Shown here piece after piece: positions 4,973 to 7,754 of a stretch of DNA of 7,754 nucleotides (positions are counted from its first letter, which is position 1; each line of letters begins with the position of its first letter). The notes under the pieces were generated by a model, which saw only the letters and a list, made by a program, of their open reading frames with translations, had not been told where the DNA came from and did no database searches. A program made the translations under genes and the position numbers. The DNA lies in IMG/VR virus record IMGVR_UViG_3300008250_000003, one strand, 5' to 3'. The stretch comes from a virus.

Positions 4973-6382
4973 ATGAATTATAATGATGCAACTCCCAATT
5001 TACAAGTAAAAGCGCTTTGCTCCTCGACGATGGCGAAGCCTGAGCAAAGAGGAGAGGCGCAAAGCGCCGACCTTCTTGGAAGTACCTACGGAAGTTCTTC
5101 CAACTCTACAAAAATTTCGAAAAAACAAAAAGATAATCTAACTCTTACTAGAAATAACTCCTACTTCTTCCAAGACAACTTGCGTCAAATTATTCATAAC
5201 CACCATGAAAAAGGTTCTGACCATCGTTTGTGTTCCTGCGGTGTTGTACCAACCGAACAATTTATGAAGGTGAAAGGCGAGCAGGGCGTGGCAATTCAAA
5301 GCCCCGTATTTCTTAGGAGAGATAAAACAGGCGCGGCTTTTACTGGTCTAGCAAAATGCGATAACCCCTTCTATTGTCCCGTCTGCGCTCCTGTTCAGTT
5401 GATTGATAAATCTAATGAGATCAAGTCGATTGTTTCTAATTTTTTAGAAGAAAATGAAAACCATACTACGTTGATGGTAACTCAAACTTTTTCTCATTCT
5501 ATAGATGATAAATTAAAGCCACTTATTCAGCTTTTGACTAAGGTTAATGGTTCACTTAAAGCAGGACGTTTCAGAAAAGATTTAGAGGCTAATTTTGGTT
5601 TTTTTAGTGCTATTCGTGCAATTGAATCAACGTATTCTGACGTTCACGGATGGCACCCACATTTACATGAAATTTGGTTTTTTAAGAAAAAATTAACTGT
5701 TTCAGATGTATTAAATTTAAAAGATGTTTTATTTAAAAAGTACGTTACTTTACTAGAAAAAAAAGGCTATTCCGCATCTGCTGAAAGAGGTATAGATATC
5801 TCATTTACTACCACTGAAGGTACAGAGGTTATTAAGTATTCTACTAGTACATTAATGCCAACTGATAAGACTTTAGTTGTTAGTTCTTCAGCGTCTGCGG
5901 CTCTTTATGTATCTAAGTTTGATAAAGAATTAACCTTTGAATTTACAAAAATACAGAAACTAAAAAACCTTAGCTTTTTCGGTTTACTTGCTCGTTATTC
6001 TTATGAAAATAATACGCATGATCGTTTGCTGATTATTGAATTTGTTAATGCTGTTTTTCGTCAACGTAGAATCTTTGTCCCTAAGCAATTAAAAGCATAT
6101 ATTTCAGATGTTGAAACTGTTGAAAATCTTGATAATGAAAGACCTGTAATTTTTGAATTCACTAGAAAAGAATGGCTACAAGTTTGTTTTAGAAAACAAC
6201 GTCAATCTATTATTTCTATTGCTAATAATAAAGCCTATACGGATGAAATGGTTTGTAAGTTTGTTCGCGCTTTACTTGACCAGCCGCATGTAATTATTCC
6301 GCCTGATGAATATAAATTTTTGAACCAAAGAAGGGTTCGAGACATTAGCGAGTGGGATTGGACTTTTAATAATGCTGCTTAA
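4973..6382 (+). CDS. Rolling-circle replication initiator, HUH endonuclease (pC194/Rep_1-like motif order)
   Basis: AAGGAA (4959-4964) lies 8 nt upstream of the ATG. Motif 1-like TLMVTQTF (aa 166-173). HUH motif GWHPHLHEIWFF (HPHLH = aa 228-232, nt 5654-5668). Candidate catalytic Tyr in AALYVSKFDKE (Y312, nt 5906-5908; Y-x-x-K). Cys cluster CSC (aa 87-89) and C129, C135-x-x-C138. Confidence 0.82.
   Translation: MNYNDATPNLQVKALCSSTMAKPEQRGEAQSADLLGSTYGSSSNSTKISKKQKDNLTLTRNNSYFFQDNLRQIIHNHHEKGSDHRLCSCGVVPTEQFMKVKGEQGVAIQSPVFLRRDKTGAAFTGLAKCDNPFYCPVCAPVQLIDKSNEIKSIVSNFLEENENHTTLMVTQTFSHSIDDKLKPLIQLLTKVNGSLKAGRFRKDLEANFGFFSAIRAIESTYSDVHGWHPHLHEIWFFKKKLTVSDVLNLKDVLFKKYVTLLEKKGYSASAERGIDISFTTTEGTEVIKYSTSTLMPTDKTLVVSSSASAALYVSKFDKELTFEFTKIQKLKNLSFFGLLARYSYENNTHDRLLIIEFVNAVFRQRRIFVPKQLKAYISDVETVENLDNERPVIFEFTRKEWLQVCFRKQRQSIISIANNKAYTDEMVCKFVRALLDQPHVIIPPDEYKFLNQRRVRDISEWDWTFNNAA
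5012..5103. repeat. GC-rich cluster of overlapping inverted repeats inside the 5' end of rep
   Basis: GCGCTTTGC (5012-5020) pairs with GCAAAGCGC (5059-5067). The mutually exclusive alternative is CTTTGCTC (5015-5022) with GAGCAAAG (5042-5049). TTGGAAG (5076-5082) pairs with CTTCCAA (5097-5103). CTTTGCTCCT also occurs upstream of rep at 4929-4938. Confidence 0.7.
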
Positions 6383-6391
6383 AATATAAAA

Positions 6392-6440
6392 ATAATTTCT
6401 GACATTTACGGCAACCACTTCCTATGATGTCAGAAATTAT
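6392..6440 (-). terminator. Hairpin between convergent rep and the minus-strand regulator; best fits an intrinsic terminator for the minus-strand transcript
   Basis: Perfect 14-bp inverted repeat ATAATTTCTGACAT (6392-6405) / ATGTCAGAAATTAT (6427-6440) with a 21-nt loop. Read on the minus strand it is followed by TTTTATATTTTA. On the plus strand only CTTTC follows. The loop is large for a canonical terminator. Confidence 0.5.
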
Positions 6441-6518
6441 CTTTCAACGGTTTACTTCAAAAGTTCTTTTTTTAGTCTTCTGTAACTTATTTTTTCCTTG
6501 TTAGCTAACTTGATTAAA

Positions 6519-6698
6519 TCATTTTTCAGTGACTTCTTTTTTAGTAATGTTTGATTTCGCATTGTCGATAAATTCCAAAAGTTCGTTTATTAACTCACTA
6601 ACGGTAACTTTCCTTTGAAGCTGTGCCGCTAGTTCCCTTGATGTCTGCTCTAATGTTGCCGCGTCTGCTAGTCGTGCTCTTATGCTTTTAGTTTTCAT
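6519..6698 (-). CDS. Small ribbon-helix-helix-like regulator, 59 aa (candidate phage repressor; not in ORF track)
   Basis: Minus-strand ATG is the complement of 6696-6698, with GAGG (complement of 6707-6710) 8 nt upstream. Stop TGA is the complement of 6519-6521. Product: MKTKSIRARLADAATLEQTSRELAAQLQRKVTVSELINELLEFIDNAKSNITKKEVTEK. Strand KSIRARL plus two helices, with the VTVSELINELL helix typical of RHH helix 2. It is the only credible minus-strand gene and is divergent from the 6756 promoter. Confidence 0.6.
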   Translation of the reverse strand: MKTKSIRARLADAATLEQTSRELAAQLQRKVTVSELINELLEFIDNAKSNITKKEVTEK

Positions 6699-6739
6699 AT
6701 CTATTACCTCGTTTTGATTGCAAAGATATTATTTCACAT

Positions 6740-6797
6740 TTTCTCACTTTATGTCTTGACACTTTGAGATCTTGTATATTAGTATCAATTTCTCACT
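6740..6797. promoter_or_regulatory. Candidate operator repeats TTTCTCACT flanking the main promoter
   Basis: TTTCTCACT occurs at 6740-6748 (8 nt upstream of the -35) and at 6789-6797 (4 nt downstream of the -10). Related TCAC-core copies lie at 6733-6739 (TTCACAT) and 6809-6816 (ATCACTTA). Confidence 0.4.
6756..6785 (+). promoter_or_regulatory. Sigma70-type promoter for the ssb-like / structural / assembly operon
   Basis: Consensus -35 TTGACA (6756-6761), 18-nt spacer, -10 TAGTAT (6780-6785). It lies in the divergent intergenic region between the minus-strand regulator and the first + gene. Confidence 0.55.
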
Positions 6798-6834
6798 GAT
6801 TCAAATGAATCACTTACTCAAAAAAGGTAAAAAC

Positions 6835-7140
6835 ATGAAAATACCTATGGATATTCTTCGCATATCAGCGGGAAAAATCGAAGACGGTGGAATGTTATAC
6901 GCAAGCGCTTTTGTACTTGATGAAACCGTTAACCATACATTAGAGCCAGACCGTATAGATGTCGGTAAGCAATACGCGAAAGTAAGAATGTCTACTGATA
7001 ACGAAAACGCTCTAGCAAAACGCCTAGCTTCAACTGGCTTAGTTCCTTGCATCCTAATGTGTGAAGTTGAAACTTCTGTTCGCAAAAATGAAATTTCAAT
7101 GCGCATTGTTAATTTTGATGTTCCTAAGCAACAAGCTTAA
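6835..7140 (+). CDS. 101-aa protein in the gV/RstB position; candidate ssDNA-binding protein
   Basis: ATG 6835 has AAGG (6824-6827) 7 nt upstream. The track start 6772 is a TTG that overlaps the predicted promoter spacer and -10. The protein is small and soluble and sits first in the operon upstream of the coat genes. The function call is positional only. Confidence 0.5.
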   Translation: MKIPMDILRISAGKIEDGGMLYASAFVLDETVNHTLEPDRIDVGKQYAKVRMSTDNENALAKRLASTGLVPCILMCEVETSVRKNEISMRIVNFDVPKQQA

Positions 7141-7142
7141 TT

Positions 7143-7562
7143 ATGAAAAACAGAAACAATTTCGATAAAAAATTGGATAAAGCTTGGCTTTCTTTACATA
7201 AAGAAAAAACACCTCGTTTTGATGTACGGGAGCATTTAAGCAGCACCTTTTTATTGAAAATGTTTGTATTAATTATTGTTGTTTTACTTAGTTTTAAATC
7301 GAACGCTTCTTACTGCCTTCTTGAAACTCCTGAAGGTAATTTAAGAATTGATAGCTCGTCTGTTGAAAGCTGTACAAGCGGTCTGATTTTATTATCAAAG
7401 ACTGAATATGACGCTGTAAACGCTGAGTCTATCGTTTCGACACTAATAGATTTATTTGAATTCTCGGTTGAAGATTTCGCCCTTTTTAATGCGATTTGTT
7501 TAATCGGTTTTATTTCTGGTCACGCTCTGGGTCGTGTGTCGAGAATATTAGGTAAGACCTAG
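7143..7562 (+). CDS. 139-aa membrane protein (two hydrophobic segments), candidate minor coat or assembly protein
   Basis: ATG lies 2 nt after the upstream stop (coupled). Hydrophobic segments are FLLKMFVLIIVVLLSF (about aa 36-51) and FALFNAICLIGFISGHALG (about aa 112-130). It sits directly before the major coat gene, where the psh/gVII-gIX analogues lie. Confidence 0.65.
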   Translation: MKNRNNFDKKLDKAWLSLHKEKTPRFDVREHLSSTFLLKMFVLIIVVLLSFKSNASYCLLETPEGNLRIDSSSVESCTSGLILLSKTEYDAVNAESIVSTLIDLFEFSVEDFALFNAICLIGFISGHALGRVSRILGKT

Positions 7563-7564
7563 AA

Positions 7565-7589
7565 AACTTTAACTTTTAACTTTTAACTA
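7565..7589. repeat. Short tandem heptamer repeat (AACTTTT) upstream of the coat gene
   Basis: AACTTT (7565-7570), AACTTTT (7571-7577), AACTTTT (7578-7584), AACTA (7585-7589). Confidence 0.7.
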
Positions 7590-7608
7590 TTCCTATAAGG
7601 GAAATATT

Positions 7609-7754
7609 ATGAAAATTTTTAAATCTTGGAAAATGAAAGCTTCGGCTGTTGCGGCTTCTGTTGGTACTTCTGTTAGTGCTTTCGCTGTTGATCATTCAAC
7701 TGCAATTACCGCGGCTGGTACTGACGGAACAACAAACACAAGTGCGGCTGTTGT
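7609..7754 (+). CDS. Major coat protein (pVIII-type), 5' part; continues at nt 124-190 of the circular unit
   Basis: AAGGGA (7597-7602) lies 6 nt upstream of ATG 7609. The reading frame is continuous with the ORF at 2-190. An internal ATG at 7633 (= nt 2) is an alternative start and would give an 18-aa signal peptide. Confidence 0.85.
   Translation, partial: MKIFKSWKMKASAVAASVGTSVSAFAVDHSTAITAAGTDGTTNTSAAV
7632..7754. repeat. Terminal redundancy: identical to 1-123
   Basis: See the 1-123 feature. Confidence 0.95.

Noticed and set aside
6772-6834. TTG 6772 (and ATG 6805) as the start of the ssb-position gene (122-aa version).
   Set aside because: TTG 6772 overlaps the spacer and -10 of the predicted promoter. 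Neither codon has an SD, whereas ATG 6835 has AAGG 7 nt upstream.
6810-7106. 98-aa minus-strand ORF antisense to the ssb-position gene.
   Set aside because: It is fully antisense to a + strand CDS that has a good SD and operon context, and it has no SD of its own. Treated as spurious.
1-7754. Search by eye for CRISPR arrays, tRNA/rRNA genes, IS elements or long terminal inverted repeats.
   Set aside because: There are no regularly spaced repeat-spacer units, cloverleaf-capable GC-rich segments or transposase-sized ORFs. The only long repeat is the 123-nt end overlap explained by circularity.

Overview
The window is one complete, circularly permuted genome of a filamentous ssDNA phage (Inoviridae-like, CTXphi/Vibrio-type layout with a Zot-family assembly NTPase and no secretin gene). 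Nt 1-123 are identical to nt 7632-7754, so the unit length is 7631 bp and the major coat gene is split across the window ends. All large genes lie on the T-rich + strand. In circular order they are: a sigma70-like promoter at 6756-6785; a 101-aa protein in the ssDNA-binding-protein position (6835-7140); a 139-aa two-TM protein (7143-7562); a 70-aa pVIII-type major coat protein (7609-7754 plus 1-190); a Cys-rich pIII-type adsorption protein (to 2016); a pVI/Ace-like membrane protein (2018-2416); a Zot/pI-like P-loop protein (2416-3726); a two-gene accessory cassette with its own promoter (3972-4537); a 435-bp repeat- and hairpin-rich intergenic region; and an HUH rolling-circle Rep (4973-6382). 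Two small genes fall below the ORF-track cutoff. One is a 59-aa minus-strand ribbon-helix-helix-like regulator (6519-6698), divergent from the 6756 promoter. The other is a 42-aa hydrophobic ORF (3726-3854) whose ATG overlaps the zot stop codon (TAATG). The most unusual part is the cassette just downstream of zot, the position ctxAB occupies in CTXphi. It encodes a 102-aa protein I cannot assign to a family and an 84-aa RHH-like protein. It is driven by a near-consensus extended -10 promoter overlapped by a TGGTACCA palindrome, and GTACC-core boxes and two elaborate hairpins bracket it on both sides. No tRNA, rRNA, CRISPR array, transposase, integrase or secretin is visible. All functional calls rest on motif reading and gene-order logic only; no database search was possible.
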